Below are positions 14,685 to 27,698 of a stretch of 64,000 nucleotides of DNA, piece after piece. This DNA comes from Octopus vulgaris. Lineage: Eukaryota. Under the pieces are notes generated by a model, which saw only the letters and a program-made list of their open reading frames with translations, ran no database searches and had not been told where the DNA came from. Both the position numbers and the translations under genes were made by a program. The first letter of the stretch is position 1, and the number at the start of each line of letters is the position of its first letter. The DNA lies in assembly GCA_951406725.2 (NCBI GenBank), contig OX597815.1:134044001-134108000 (forward strand). The letters are read 5' to 3'.

Positions 14685-15465
14685 TATACATACCACTGCA
14701 TTGCCCAGTCCATCAGAATGTTGTTATACACCAATGATCAGAAAAACCTTCCTAGCATTGTAGTAGCATTTAAATGTCATACTGCTGACTGGGTATTAAG
14801 TCAACATTTCCTCTAACAAAATGTTAGTCTATCACAGGTTTACCCATTTATAGCAGAGTGAACCAGAGCAGCAGAAAATGAAGTATTTTGCTCAAGAACA
14901 CAACACACCACTGGTCTGGGAATCAAAACAATGATCTTGTGATCATGAGTGCAGCCCAACTACTCACATGTATTTGTATATGCAAGCGTATCCTTAGAAT
15001 ACAAGCAAGGCTGTTCATTTCCAGTCTTCCATGAAAAAAAAAACGTATCTAGTTATGGGAAAATATTTCATTGCTTGGCAACAAGTGACAGGAAGGACAT
15101 ACAACAGTAAAAAATCTGTCCCAACAAATTCTGTCCAATCCATACATGGAAAAGCAGATGTTAAATGATAATGGTGATATATACGAAATTTATGTTGAGG
15201 CAGATTTTCTACAGCTGGATACCCATCCAGTCACCAATCCTCACCCATTTCCAAGTGAGGTAATTTTTCACCATAAGTAGTCACACTTTCACAGACTGTG
15301 ACACTAGCTTACAACTATCATGCAATATCATGGGAAAGGGACAGTAAAACACACACATATGATGGACCTCTTTCAGTTTCTGTCTACCATATTCACTCAC
15401 AAGGCTTTCATTGACCTTAGGCAAGTGGTTAGAACCCTTAATAAAGAGATTAATATAGATTATGT

Positions 15466-15845
15466 GGAGGCGCAATGGCCTAGTGGTTAGGGCAGCACAC
15501 TTGCAGATGTAGGATTGTGGTTTCGATTCCCAGACTAGGCGTTGTGCATGTTTATTGATTGAAAACACCTAAATCTCCATGAGGCTCCAGCAGAGGGTCG
15601 TAGCGAACCCTGCTGTACACTTTCACCACAACTTTCTCTCACTCTTTTTTCTTGTTTCTATTGTATCTGTATTTTAAAGGGCCAGCCATATCACACTCTG
15701 TGTCACGCTGAATCTCCCCGAGAACTACATTAAGGGTACATGTGTCTGTGGAGTGCTTAACCACTTGCATATTAATTTCACAAGTAGGCTGTTCCATTGA
15801 TCAGATCAACTGGAACCCACGTTGTCATAACCAATGGAGTACCAC
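15466..15845 (+). mobile_element. Third tRNA-derived SINE family (related copy near 8325-8635)
   Basis: TGGCCTAGTGGTTAG A box, GGTTTCGATTCCC B box; body GCTGAATCTCCC.GAGAACTACATTA.GGGTAC shared with the 8.5-kb copy. Confidence 0.75.
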
Positions 15846-15978
15846 GAATACAGATTATAAAACATCTTTTAAAAAAGTTTCTAAAAATTGACATCAACAA
15901 AAACTAGCTAGTAGCCATTTGTCTTCTATAACAATATGAACTGTATCTTTTTTTTCTCTCCTTTTCTATTTTACTTAC

Positions 15979-16066
15979 CAATGCGTTCTAATGTGATTGA
16001 ATCCCAATGTTTTTCAAGTGTAAACTTGCGGTTGAGCTCCAAATCAAGTGTGTGGTAAGCTCCCAT
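15979..16066 (-). CDS. PELO: Pelota exon 4 ([29 protein letters not shown])
   Basis: 88 nt, AG/GTAAGT; conserved G.YHTL motif. Confidence 0.97.
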
Positions 16067-16443
16067 CTGCCAAAAATATAGTAAATGGGTTTAACTAAAT
16101 TAGATTTCAAACACTGCAAAAGTTATTTTGACAAAACAATCAATATCAAAAGTGAAGGGATCTTGTTTCAAATATAAGTGATTCCCATTTAATGAAACTG
16201 ACAGTCAAAATGTATTGCTTATCAAACAGCCAAGGTAGCTCAGAAATAGACCGAAGGCAATTTATTGGAATCTGTTTATGAACCTTCATGGCCATAAATA
16301 GAAACCTAGGCTGTGCACATAGAGCTTTACTTAAGCAAAATCATGTAAATAGAGAAGAATAAAGTTTGAAAAACGAAATGACATATCCTTAAGATGAATT
16401 GTAATACCAGAACGATATAACAAAGAAATAAACACATCCTTAC

Positions 16444-16594
16444 CTTCACATATTGGTTTTCTGCAATATTTCGGCCTTTCACCCGCAACACACAAGCCTG
16501 AGTGTCAAAGTCAATAGCTTCTACCCGAATGGTAAGTACAGTACGTACTTTACTGGCACTGACACTACCAGTTGCAGATTCATTCTGAACCTTT
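16444..16594 (-). CDS. PELO: Pelota exon 3 (KVQNESATGSVSASKVRTVLTIRVEAIDFDTQACVLRVKGRNIAENQYVK)
   Basis: TGCAG| acceptor, GTAAGG donor, 151 nt; lies inside ORF 16327..16629; eRF1_1 domain. Confidence 0.97.
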
Positions 16595-17820
16595 CTGCAA
16601 ATAATATTGAAATTCTTCACTATTATCAAATAACAATAAGAGTCACTTTCATAGTTAAAGTAATGTGTTGTTGTTTTTTAACTGGAGTTTTACAAAACAC
16701 TGGGGTGATTGTATTTAGTAGTGCTGCACAATTATATTTATAACATAAACCCATCACTTATAACACAAACCTATAAAATGCTTTAAAAAATGAATATTCT
16801 AAATAGAAACATCAAGGTGTGCTATAGATTATATGTATACCATCATTAAAAAGGGTTGATAAACTGTAACAAATAAAGTAATTTAATGATCAATAATCCT
16901 TTAAGTAAAAATAATTGATTTCAGAATTAAAAATTAAATCTTTGTTTGAAAGAATGGAGAAGTTGCTTCTGAGGACTTTGCCACTTGATGAGAATATGAC
17001 CTCTCTCATGCTGGTGCCAAAGCAAATTGTAATCAGTAAAGTGGTTGCTGATAGGAAGGGCATCCAGCCATAGAAACCAAACCAAAAATGAAATATACAA
17101 ACAAGGCATGTCAATCCGTCCAACCGATAGCAGCATGGAAAGGAGATGTAAAATGATGATGATGATGCTATTGCTATTTAGCCTCAAGTCAGCATGCCAT
17201 AGCTGCTATTACTAGCAAGTCAAGCAACCACATAGACAATTACAACAGCAACAAGAGCAATGTTGTTCATTGTTGCTATGACTGGGAAAATTGTCTTTGC
17301 TAATTATTTATATCCAATAATGCTGGGAATATTTTGGTAGCATGTGCATGATGCATGGGTATGGAAGTTGAGTGAAGAGTAAAGGCTGGTATTATCTGGA
17401 TCAATGTACCAGGCACAGTCAAAAACTTTGATGTTGAAGGCCACAGCTCTAATGACCAAAATTTTCAAAAGCTAAGGGTAGAGACACAGGTGAAAGACAA
17501 GAGAGAGTAGGTCTCCAATAGCTCTGGTTTTATGAAAGCTATGTATTTTTGATGGATCAAAAGTGAAGCACACGTTGCCGGGGATAATTAGCACAAAATT
17601 GGTGAAGTTTCAACTAGTCGGCTGACTTGAAATACCATAGAGTATAAGGGATGAGGGGAGCAATGTTGAATATCACATGGTTATGTGGTAGCTAGTTGTG
17701 ACAAGGTAATGGGCTGACAATCCAAGAGGTGCAGAGAAAGTTATGGCTTGATATATGTTGAGTTTAGAGGTGCTAAAAAGATCAATAATGTTCGAAGTGT
17801 GTGTATAGGACAAGACTTAC

Positions 17821-17913
17821 CGGATAGTTGTTGATTTGAGAACATCTCCAACAGCTACTAAGTTATAGGCATGCCACATATCTTCTGCCTCTTCAGGAAT
17901 GAGGACCATGCAC
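17821..17913 (-). CDS. PELO: Pelota exon 2 (CMVLIPEEAEDMWHAYNLVAVGDVLKSTTIR)
   Basis: CTAG| acceptor, GTAAGT donor, 93 nt; conserved EDMWH.YNL motif of pelota/Dom34. Confidence 0.96.
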
Positions 17914-20242
17914 CTAGTGAGAGAGAAATCATATATTGAAGAAAAACAATTCAATTTGATAAACCTCTCCACCCACTCAAATTGACAATGAATATTATTG
18001 GCCTACTATTTAGAGGGCTCATCCTGATGCCCCATTATTACCATCTTTACTTCTCTTTCTACCTCCACCCCAATTACCCCCAACCATTCTTGTATAATAC
18101 ATGAAGCCATGTATCTTCTCAACAGCAAGAAACCTGTTCTAACCCTTCTTTACTACTTAAACCTCTCATCACCTAGCATAAAGCCACCTTCCTCTTTACT
18201 CCAGACCCACTCAGATGAAGATCTTAGTCATACAAGCTACATGACAGCCTCACTAGTGCTGGAACCACAAAAAAAAACAAAAAACATCCAGTGCACTTTG
18301 TAATGTGCTTGGCATTGAGAAGGGCATTCAGCTATGGAAATCTTGCCAAAAAAGACTTGTAGGGCCCTAATGAACCACCAGACCCATGCCACCATGGAAG
18401 ACGGACGTTAAAAAATGATTTTGAATGACTTACACACTTTATAACCAGTTTAAAACAATTTATTGTTTAGTCCAAGATTAAAACCCTGGTTAAGCAGACC
18501 TATAGATATTTTGAGCTACAATGACTGGGATTCTGATGCAATGCACATCTTTGTCTTAATTGCATCTAATTGTAATATTGTTCCTGTTTTGTATCAAAAG
18601 AGTATATCATTAATTCATTAGGGCCAATAGTGCAAAATCGATACAATTTTTAGACTCAACGCCCCAAATATAGGGCTAACATTTAAGGCACCACGACGTA
18701 ACTCGGATCCCTAATTTCACGAAGATGTGCATACATCTGCATTTATAAGGACATGCGTCATTTCGAGAACTACAGTTGATGCGGCAAAACCGATGATATA
18801 GTTGTCATCGGCGCCCCAAATAAACCAAAGAATAGAACTTTCAAGACAGCAGAATTTTTTTTTCTGGCTAGTGTAATTAATGCGAGCAAAGCATGATTTA
18901 ACCATCCAAGTGTATCAAATGTTAATGGAAGAGAGTTTGAGTTATTAACAGTAAATATAGGAGATGCAATAACTCTTCTAAATAATGGCCTTCGTCGCAT
19001 TCATCTTTATCCTGGTTGTGGGGAAAGTATGTTGGTGAAGATCCGCTAATGATGAATTTGGAACAATTATTCACATAGAAAAAAAAAAAAAAGACATCAT
19101 CTCTTCCCACAAGGGATAGTTTTACTTCCAATAGGGCCGCGGAAACGAAAAAGCGCCAAAATATTGCCAAGACAACTTCGTCCAAAATTTGGCCTATCTC
19201 CTCAACTCATTTCTCGTCTGCTAATAACAGATTACAGAACTAATAAATTATGCTAGAGCAACAAAGGGGTTTTATTTTCAATCCTGTCCTACTGAGTATA
19301 TCTATGTGCATATATAGACAGCTATAAACACCTTGTCTTTATGAAGACAAGGTGTTTCTGACTATACATAGATATACGATATCTTCTTTCAACGAAGATA
19401 CTGTATATAAGGTAAGGTGTTTACATCTCTCTATTCATAGGACTGGCTAAAAATCTATAGATATATTCTATACTACCGTGTGTTATTATACAGTTAAGTG
19501 GGTTCATTTTTGTATGATAGAATTCTCAATTTCCCCTGCTTTCCCAAATAAAGACTACACCCAAGATATTCATACACTGTCATCTGATTGTCAATATGAT
19601 AGGTGCTACAATGGTCTCTCGGTTCTAAAATACTTCAAACACTTTACTCAAACTATTGAGTACAGAACAATGAGTAAAAATAAATAAACAATCACGTTTC
19701 TATGGTACTAATAATAAGCAGGTATTAATAACGAAGTCTTAAGTCATCCAGCAGAACTAACTTCCATTTTCCCAATGACTTGTAAAAACGAAAATTGTTA
19801 TTCTAGTAAACAGTTTATAAATTATCAACAAGTAAATCTAGTCATTATTTATATAATAACTAAATTTACTTGGTTAAATTATTAGGTAAACTCATTGTTT
19901 GAATGTTCTGTCATTTGACAATTAGTGAAATTTAAAATGCCAGCTGACGTGACGAGTCCTTCAATTATACTTTTAAAATCTCAGTTAAGTGCAAAGCTTC
20001 TACAATTTTATACAAAGATTAAATGAATAGACAATTTTGTCGAATATATTTTTGTTTCTGTTTATTTAGTAATTTGATCATGATCATATATATATATATA
20101 GTAGTGATCATGATTGTTGTTATACACGCTGATGCAATCAATATTGGCGGACAGAGACAGAAAGAAAAAAAGACAGCAGGAAAGAGAAGAGTGATCTAAT
20201 GGTTTCTAAAAACGAGAAGTTTGTCAAACGGATTGTCCAAAC

Positions 20243-20538
20243 CAGTGTTTCTCAATTATTTTTCTTTCTTTCTTTTTTTTTTTTTTACATATGGACCCTT
20301 TTCATTCCTATTTATTTGGGTGGCCTTCAGTCCCTAATAGCCATTCGATGTTTAAAAAAAATCATATTAAATTTTTATAATTAAATATTATTAGGTATTA
20401 TATATATATATTATAAAAAAAACTGTTAAAATATTTCGTGTATTGTCGAAGTAAAACTAATTTATTGCAGATGAATTTTACAAAAAAAATCTTACAGGGC
20501 CCACAAGGGCCATAGGGACCCCCCGTTGAAAATCACTG
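20243..20538. mobile_element. hAT (Charlie-like) MITE
   Basis: TIRs CAGTGTTTCTCAA / TTGAAAATCACTG; 8-bp TSD GTCCAAAC/GTCTAAAC. Confidence 0.85.
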
Positions 20539-20733
20539 GTCTAAACAAACTAACCAGTCGAAAAATAAAATGAAAGAAAAGGAAAAATATCTTCGTAAAC
20601 CGAAAAGGAGTGGGATTTGGACATAAAAATTAAAAGTATAATGTGTACATTAGAGGTGATAGATATTAAACTTATCAAGCAATTCTAGACATATATTTTA
20701 TATTTGTATATATATATATAACATGCCACTTAC

Positions 20734-20774
20734 CCATCATTGTACTTGTCGATATTTTGGTACACGCGCCTCAT
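20734..20774 (-). CDS. PELO: Pelota coding exon 1 (MRRVYQNIDKYNDG)
   Basis: ATG at 20774, 41 nt, donor GG|GTAAGT; aligns by eye to the pelota N-terminus (MKLVRKNIEKDNAG); phase 2 joins exon 2. Confidence 0.88.
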
Positions 20775-20960
20775 GACAAAATATTCAAGAAGCTATCACA
20801 CCACATAGAGAACGGGAGTCGACGACAAGCCATTACAATCCCCGACTACTAAAACACGTTTTCAGTAAGCATGCTATTAAAAGTCATACTATCGCATCGT
20901 TTGATTGGATGGTGTTTGTTATATTACAAGGGATCTGATTGGCTGAAATGACTGCCCGCT
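20775..20960 (-). promoter_or_regulatory. Pelota 5' UTR / proximal promoter with two CCAAT boxes
   Basis: CpG-enriched unique sequence upstream of the ATG; ATTGG at 20904-20908 and 20938-20942 (CCAAT on the minus strand, 34 bp apart). Confidence 0.5.
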
Positions 20961-21067
20961 GATAAATGAATTTGTTGTTTTATCCCTTTCATATTTAAGT
21001 CCTTTTTGGTAAACAAAGTATGCTGCGACTTATTCGATTACTCTGCCTTGCTCAGTATACTAAGTTA

Positions 21068-21479
21068 GGATCTTTTCGGTTTGAACGGTAGTTTTTTCTG
21101 GCGGTGTCATATGAAATTGTCACCCATAATTATGACCTTAGTATCGATCTATTGCATTTCAATCTATTTTAGGGTTAGAGGTGGGGGAAGGATATCTTTT
21201 TTTTTCTTCAGAAATGTAAATAAACCCAATCTGTTTCTTAACCTATGGACATTTTGATACGGCACAGAATTTTTTCACCTCTATAGACGTCATTGATTGG
21301 TTGAAATTGCAGAAATTGAAGAAAAAAAACAACAAATATCTTACAAACTATAGAATTTTCTCAATAAAGTCAAGAGAAAAAGATGTTCTATAAACACATT
21401 CTACCAGTATACTCAGTTTAAAAATGTTTAGTTACGTGGAAATTATCTTTAAAAACTGCCGTTCAAACCGAAAAGATCC
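21068..21479. mobile_element. MITE with GG termini and an 8-bp TSD (Merlin-type)
   Basis: TIR GGATCTTTTCGGTTTGAACGG; perfect TSD CTAAGTTA at 21060-21067 and 21480-21487. Confidence 0.85.
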
Positions 21480-22530
21480 CTAAGTTATTCTTTAAAAAGA
21501 GTTCCTTATTATATTTGACGTGTGTTCCTCTGCAATCGACAAATTTGAGTTTTTAGCAATAACAAGCATTTCATTTGTCATTAATTTTTTGTGTAGGTTA
21601 ATATTCACATATCTGCTTTCTACTCTGACAGGCTGAAGGCTTTCTGAGGCAGTGCTTTACGTCTGGATGCCCTTTTGATGCCAACTCTAGACTCATTGTT
21701 GATTGACGTTCACCATTTACACTTGTCGTGAGTGGGTTTTGTTAGCTGATCGGCGATAATGACTGGGTGAGTTGATGAATGAAAATGTTTTTCTTGGGCT
21801 ACGTGGTGAAGTAACTGATAACACCCGTGAACAAACAGAAAACTTTATTATTGCACATAGTGTTGAACTGTGTTGGTCTTTTACAAATCATCATCATCAT
21901 CGTTTAACGTCCGTTCTCCATGCTATCATGAGTTGGACGGTTCGACCGGGGATCTGGGAAGCCAGAAGGCTGCACCAGGCTCCAGTCTGATCTGGCAGTG
22001 TTTCTACAGTAGCTGGATGCCCTTCCTAACGCCAACCACTCCGTGAGTGTAGCGGGTGCTTTTTACGTGCCACCGGCACGGAAGCCAGTCTAGGCAGCGC
22101 TGGCATTGGCCACGTTCAGCTAGGCATCGGCCAAACAACAACAATAGTTATATGCTGGAAGAGAAGGAAAAAACAGTGCTGCATTCAAAGAAGTTACTTA
22201 TGAGATATTCTTTTCTACTCTAGGCACAAGGGCGAAATTTTCTGGGAGGGGACCAGTCGATTAGATCAACCCCAGTACGCAACTTGTACTTAATTCATCG
22301 ACCCTGAAAGAATGAAAGGCAAAGTCGACTTTGGCAGAATTTGAATTCAGAACGTAAAGGCAGACGAATTAGGGTACTTTATGAGATAAGGGCATCCAAC
22401 TGTAGAAACTCTGCCAGATCAGATTGGAGCCTGGTGCAGCCATCTGGTTCGCCAGTCCTCAGTCAAATCGTCCAACCCATGCTAGCGTGGAAAGCAGACG
22501 TTAAATAGGGTTGATGATGATGATGATATA

Positions 22531-23003
22531 TATTAATGGTTATCGCCAAGCTAACATGGCAGTCCAGAAAAATAGGATGAATGCTGCTGTTGATTAGCTC
22601 CAAGAGGCCATTGCCTCTAGCTAGCTATGTGACACACAAACCTGTGTCTATTATAACCATCGAACAGGGGAGGTCAGCCGTTTCTCTTTTCAGGTTTGGT
22701 ATCTGCAGACTAGTTTCAGGGTATTTGCCCCTTATCAATGTAAACCAGCTGAACCAGGCAAGTGTCACTACGGACCATCTGTTCGAAGGATTATTTACCT
22801 AAATTCAGTGGAATACATCCACTGATTTTCAAAAATAGAAATTTTAATATTTCTAAGTCTCTCTAAGGGGGACTACAGCAGCGGTACTGGGTATTAATAG
22901 TTATTGCCAAGCTAACATGGCAGTCCAGAAAAATAGGACGAATGCTGCTGTTGATTAGTTCCAAGAGGCCATAGCCTCTAGCTAGCTATGTTAGCTTGGC
23001 GAT
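22531..23003 (-). mobile_element. ~360-bp unit with a partial tandem repeat and a decayed hammerhead motif (pLTR/retrozyme-like)
   Basis: ~100-bp direct repeat at 22531-22630 and 22892-22990, short inverted tail, hammerhead-like motif on the minus strand at 22704-22743. Confidence 0.65.
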
Positions 23004-23004
23004 A

Positions 23005-23520
23005 TCTAGATCCCACCACCCACCCCATTTTCTCCAACCCACCCTTGTCCTCCTTTAAACGCGCCTGTAACTTATGCAGTCTACTGGTCCCCAGCCCAAA
23101 CCGGATCCTTCCTTTCCTCTAGATCTCGCTGTCACACCTGTCCTTTCATCACCAACACCACATCCCTCACTGGATCCAACCAGCACACTCTCCACATTTG
23201 AAGCTCCTTCTCCTGCACCTCTTCAAGCCTTATCTATTACATTAGATGTAATCTCTGCAATAAACTCTTACGTTGGTCAGATGGGCTGCCGGCTGGCCAA
23301 CCGGTTCACCGAACATCTACAAGATGTTCAGCTGCACATGAACACCCCCGTTGCCTGTCATTTCCACTTGGCCAGTCACTTCACCTATAATATCTCCATT
23401 TTTGGACTCGCCCTGCACCATGGAACCACACACTTCTGACTTCTCTTGGAACAGCGTTACATTTTCACTCTACAAACACAAACTCCCTTCGGACTCAACA
23501 CAACCCCCTCCTCTTAACAA
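23005..23520 (+). mobile_element. Penelope-like element, GIY-YIG endonuclease remnant
   Basis: SFKRACNL..LLV, YVGQMGCRLANRFTEH, PVACHF, EQRYIFTLQTQTPFGLN are typical of the PLE C-terminus. Confidence 0.85.
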
Positions 23521-23834
23521 CTGACTCTACACCCTCCCTAAAAAAGCAACTTATTATTTTATTTTATCTTATTTTATCCTCTCTTATACCCACTTATTTT
23601 TTTACACTGTTACCTTTTTTTTATTTTATATCGTTTTTTTTTTCAGTCAAATTTTTAAAACTTTTTAATTGTATTAATTTCTATTTTATCCCTTTAATTT
23701 AATTTTTTTAATTTATTTTTTACTTTTTTATCTTGTATCAGTTATTTTTTGTATTTTTTTCATTTTTTAATTTCTACATCTTGTACCCTTCCCCTCCTTT
23801 TCCAACTTTTTTATCGTTCTTATTTTATTTCTGT

Positions 23835-24620
23835 ATGCATGCACACATACATACACACATGTACATATACACACACATGCACAAATACACTCACGAGCAC
23901 ACACATGAATGCACATATACCTGCCACACACACCACATACATATATACACACAAAACACATACATGCACACACATACACACATACATGCATGCACGTACA
24001 CATGAATGCACATATACCTTTACATACACTACCCCCATGCACACACATATACATGTGCACATGCATACACACATACATGCATGTGCACACATGCACTGGA
24101 ATGCACACATACCTAACTCACACAACCCTATGCACACACAACTACATGCACATACACACACTCACACGCATACACATACTCGCACATATATATGCACACA
24201 CATATATATATATACACACACACGCTCATGAACACACACATACCTCTCACACACACAACACACACTCATACATACATGCACACAATTACTCATACATGGG
24301 CACACGCACAGAAACACACGCATGCACATGTGTACACACACAGGAATGCACATATAACTCCACACATGCAATCCCACGTGCACACACTCACACACATACA
24401 CACAGTACAGAAAAAACACACACACACACAACATATACGTACATGCACACATATATGCATGCTTCAAACTCCTTTCCACTGACCATTCCTCTGCACACGT
24501 GAAAAGACACAACTACACAAAGGACCACCTACAACATTAAGAGATACAAACTTCACTCACACTTACACATATAAACAGTCAATAACACACAAACACCACA
24601 CACACAACACATACCTCCAT
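23835..24620. repeat. Degenerate (CA)/(CATA) low-complexity tract
   Basis: Simple-sequence composition; produces spurious His/Thr/Cys/Val-rich ORFs. Confidence 0.95.
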
Positions 24621-24699
24621 CTCTTACACTCTCCTGTCTTAGAAAGAGATTTTTTTTTCACCAATTCCCTTCTAGTCATTTCAAAATGTAACCACATGT

Positions 24700-25545
24700 G
24701 AATCGTTGGAGATTTTTTCCCTCCATCTTCCTTTCCTATTGGATTCTCCTGTTTCTGAACGTTCTTTATAAGTTAAGTTTTTGGCTCAAAAAGCAAAAAG
24801 CAAGGTCATGTAGGGGGACATGGAGTTATGTACAGGGAGGGTGTTCATGCAAAGAGTTCAGGCCATTTCTGGTCAAGAGAGACTTTGAACCAAGCGGTTG
24901 TTGGCATCTTCACTATCTCGTCTGGCAGCTTATTCCATGGATCCGCAACCCGGACGGAGAAAGCTCCTCTCCTTCGATTGAGATGAAATCGTCGCAGATA
25001 GAGCTTTTCGGAGTGACCCCACAGCCAATGCTCTGGAGCAGGAGTGAAGAACAGCTCTTTCGAGAGGTTACACTTTCCACTTATGATGTTGTGAGCAAGA
25101 ATGAGATCACCACGGCGGCGGCGTTTTTCTAGAGAATAAAGGTCGAGCATCTTCAGCCTTTCTTCATAAGACAAATGCTTGAGACCAAGAACCATGCGGG
25201 TAGCCAGCTTCTGGACTCTTTTGAGATGCTGTATGCCTTTGAGGAGATAAGGAGAAGAGGCTTGAATTCCGTACACCAATATGGGTCTCACCAGCGTGAC
25301 ATAGAGCAGTAGGAATATGGTTGCTGTGAGCATTCTGAATGACCGTCGAATCAAAAACAGAACTCTGCGTGCTTTGTTGGCAGCATGAACGCACTGGGCC
25401 GAAGGCAAAAAGGAAGAATCCACCAAGATACACAGGTCCTTTACCTGGTCGGTCCTCTCCAGCAGCAGATGACCCAGCTCGAAATCAAGTTGAGTTGCAG
25501 GAGAAGGACCAACAGGCAGATGACAGCTCTTTGACAAGTTATAAA
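24700..25545 (-). mobile_element. CR1-clade LINE 3' fragment
   Basis: ORF 24845..25537 with LYVTLVRPILVYG, LSYEERLKMLDLYSLEKRRRRGDLI, FSVRVADPWNKLP. Confidence 0.92.
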
Positions 25546-27698
25546 TGGAAGCCAGTCTGTTACGGGTTACTTATTTACAGCTGTGTGGACTGGAACAATA
25601 TGAAATGAAGTATTTTGCTCAAGACCACAATACACTATCCAGGTCCAAGAGACGTTGGCGATTTTTCCCTTCCATCTTCCTTTCCTGTTGGATTCTCCTG
25701 TGATCATGTGTGCAACACTCTAAGGTCACATGCTTTCACAATCATGGAAAAATGAACCTAAAAATTTATGAAGATTGGGATGTATAACATTCACATTTAG
25801 GTCTCCCTCTCCTATCAGTGCACTTCTCCCATCACACTGCCTATGTAACAAGAGATGCATCACACTGGATCTCCTCATTGTCAATTGCTTCTTGCCATCA
25901 CCCTTCTTTATCAATCATCACTTTCTCTCACAATACATTCCCTACCACTCATTATTGATATCCATCACCCATCTGCATGCTATCCATCACTGAATCTTGC
26001 CTCACATTGTCAATCTCCATCACTCTCACTCACTTCCAATACTCCCTCTTCTAACACTGTTTTCAATCTGTCATTCTCCTTTCCCATACCACACTGTTCA
26101 TGTTTTTATTTAATCTCATTACTAACAACTGTAATTGGGTTTCCTTACTAATTACATTTGTGAAATATTCCCTCCGTAGTGTAAGTATGAATCTAGTACA
26201 CTCTTTAAAGTGGCTGGCAAAAGAAAGAGGATCCAGTTGTAGAAACCATTCCAAAAATGGAATTTGTGAGACATGGTCTTTGACCCATTTGTGTGGGCAC
26301 TACAAATAAGAAATAACACTGACAGTGACAACCTGTCCAACCCATGCTAACATGGAAAAGCAGACAAAATGATAATGATGATTGTGTCATATCTGTATAC
26401 ACTTAGTTTTACTGAGAAATTTGGCTCCACGAGGACCGTTTTAGGTTTTGAATAAGGAACATTCATGCTTCCTGAAACTCACCAAAACTTCAAAATATTG
26501 ATGTGCTTATGCACCATTTCCTCTTTATGACTCTTTTAATGCTTACTTTTCTGTATTTAATTCTGTATATTATTCATGTACCTCTAGCCTTAATTGCTGT
26601 GTCATTACATGACCTGTATGTCTGTTTTCTATCTCTTCTTTTAAACTTTTTCAAACAAATTATAGTGCACCTGAGTACTGTATACAATAAGCTCATTATC
26701 ATTAACAATTTCTCAGGATTTCCTCTATCTGACTGTGTCAAAAGTAAAAATAAATTTTAAAAAATTTTAAATAATAAATAAAAGCAATAAAATGAAATCC
26801 AAAACAAATGGTTAAATATTAATATTAATTTTATTTCAAAGATAATGTTCTTGGAAAGCAAAAAGGCATGATGGTAATGTCAAGTAGATATAACTCATAT
26901 TCCTTATTTACTGTATTATTATGCAATACTAATTTGTCAACTTTAACTTTCATCATTTTATGTTGATGAAATAAAATACCAGAATTAAGCAACTTGTGTT
27001 CCTAACAAAATATGTAATCTTAAGCCAATGTTAAAATTCAATATTACTTTAATCTAGAAGAAAATACAATATAACATTACATTAAGTGGCTCAAAGATTT
27101 TATCATCATCAAAAGAAATCTTTATTATTATTATTATCATCATTTCAGAGATGTACTTCCCATGCAAGTGATTTGATCTAAAACCCTGTGTTGAAATTAA
27201 AGTAATTAGTGTGAAAGCTATATACTAGGCATTAAAAAAAAAGAAGCTAAAATTCACAAACATTTATTTGGTGTCAAAATTATTGTAGCACTAACTACAA
27301 CCTGGTCACTAACCAACATACTTGCTTTAAATGAGATGCAGCAGAATCACATCAGTGACCAAATTACAGTTGATGAAACAAAGACTTTGACATCCAATAA
27401 TAAATGTTTAAGTGAAGTTACAATTTTGGTGTTTTTGAATGGCCAATATGTGTCCTCTATGCTGTAATTATTATCGTCATTATTATTGGTTTGTTGTAAG
27501 TAATCTCACAAATATTGTTCATATTTTACATAATTTCAGTTATACAAATATAACATTAAATGTAAGTTATGATATTATTTAAAATGGATTTATAAACTTT
27601 GTGAATCATCTAAAAGAATTTTGATTGTAGTTTAATTAGGAAGGATTAATGGTCGACATTATCTTTTGATCAAACTTCCAAAGATTGTAATAAACTGC

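Noticed and set aside
18195-18240. CAGATGAAG hammerhead-like start
   Set aside because: No GAAA or stem II/III partner follows; too decayed to call.
23733-24512. Long His/Thr- and Cys/Val-rich ORFs (up to 197 aa)
   Set aside because: They are translations of a degenerate (CA)n/(CATA)n tract on both strands, with no splice or homology support.
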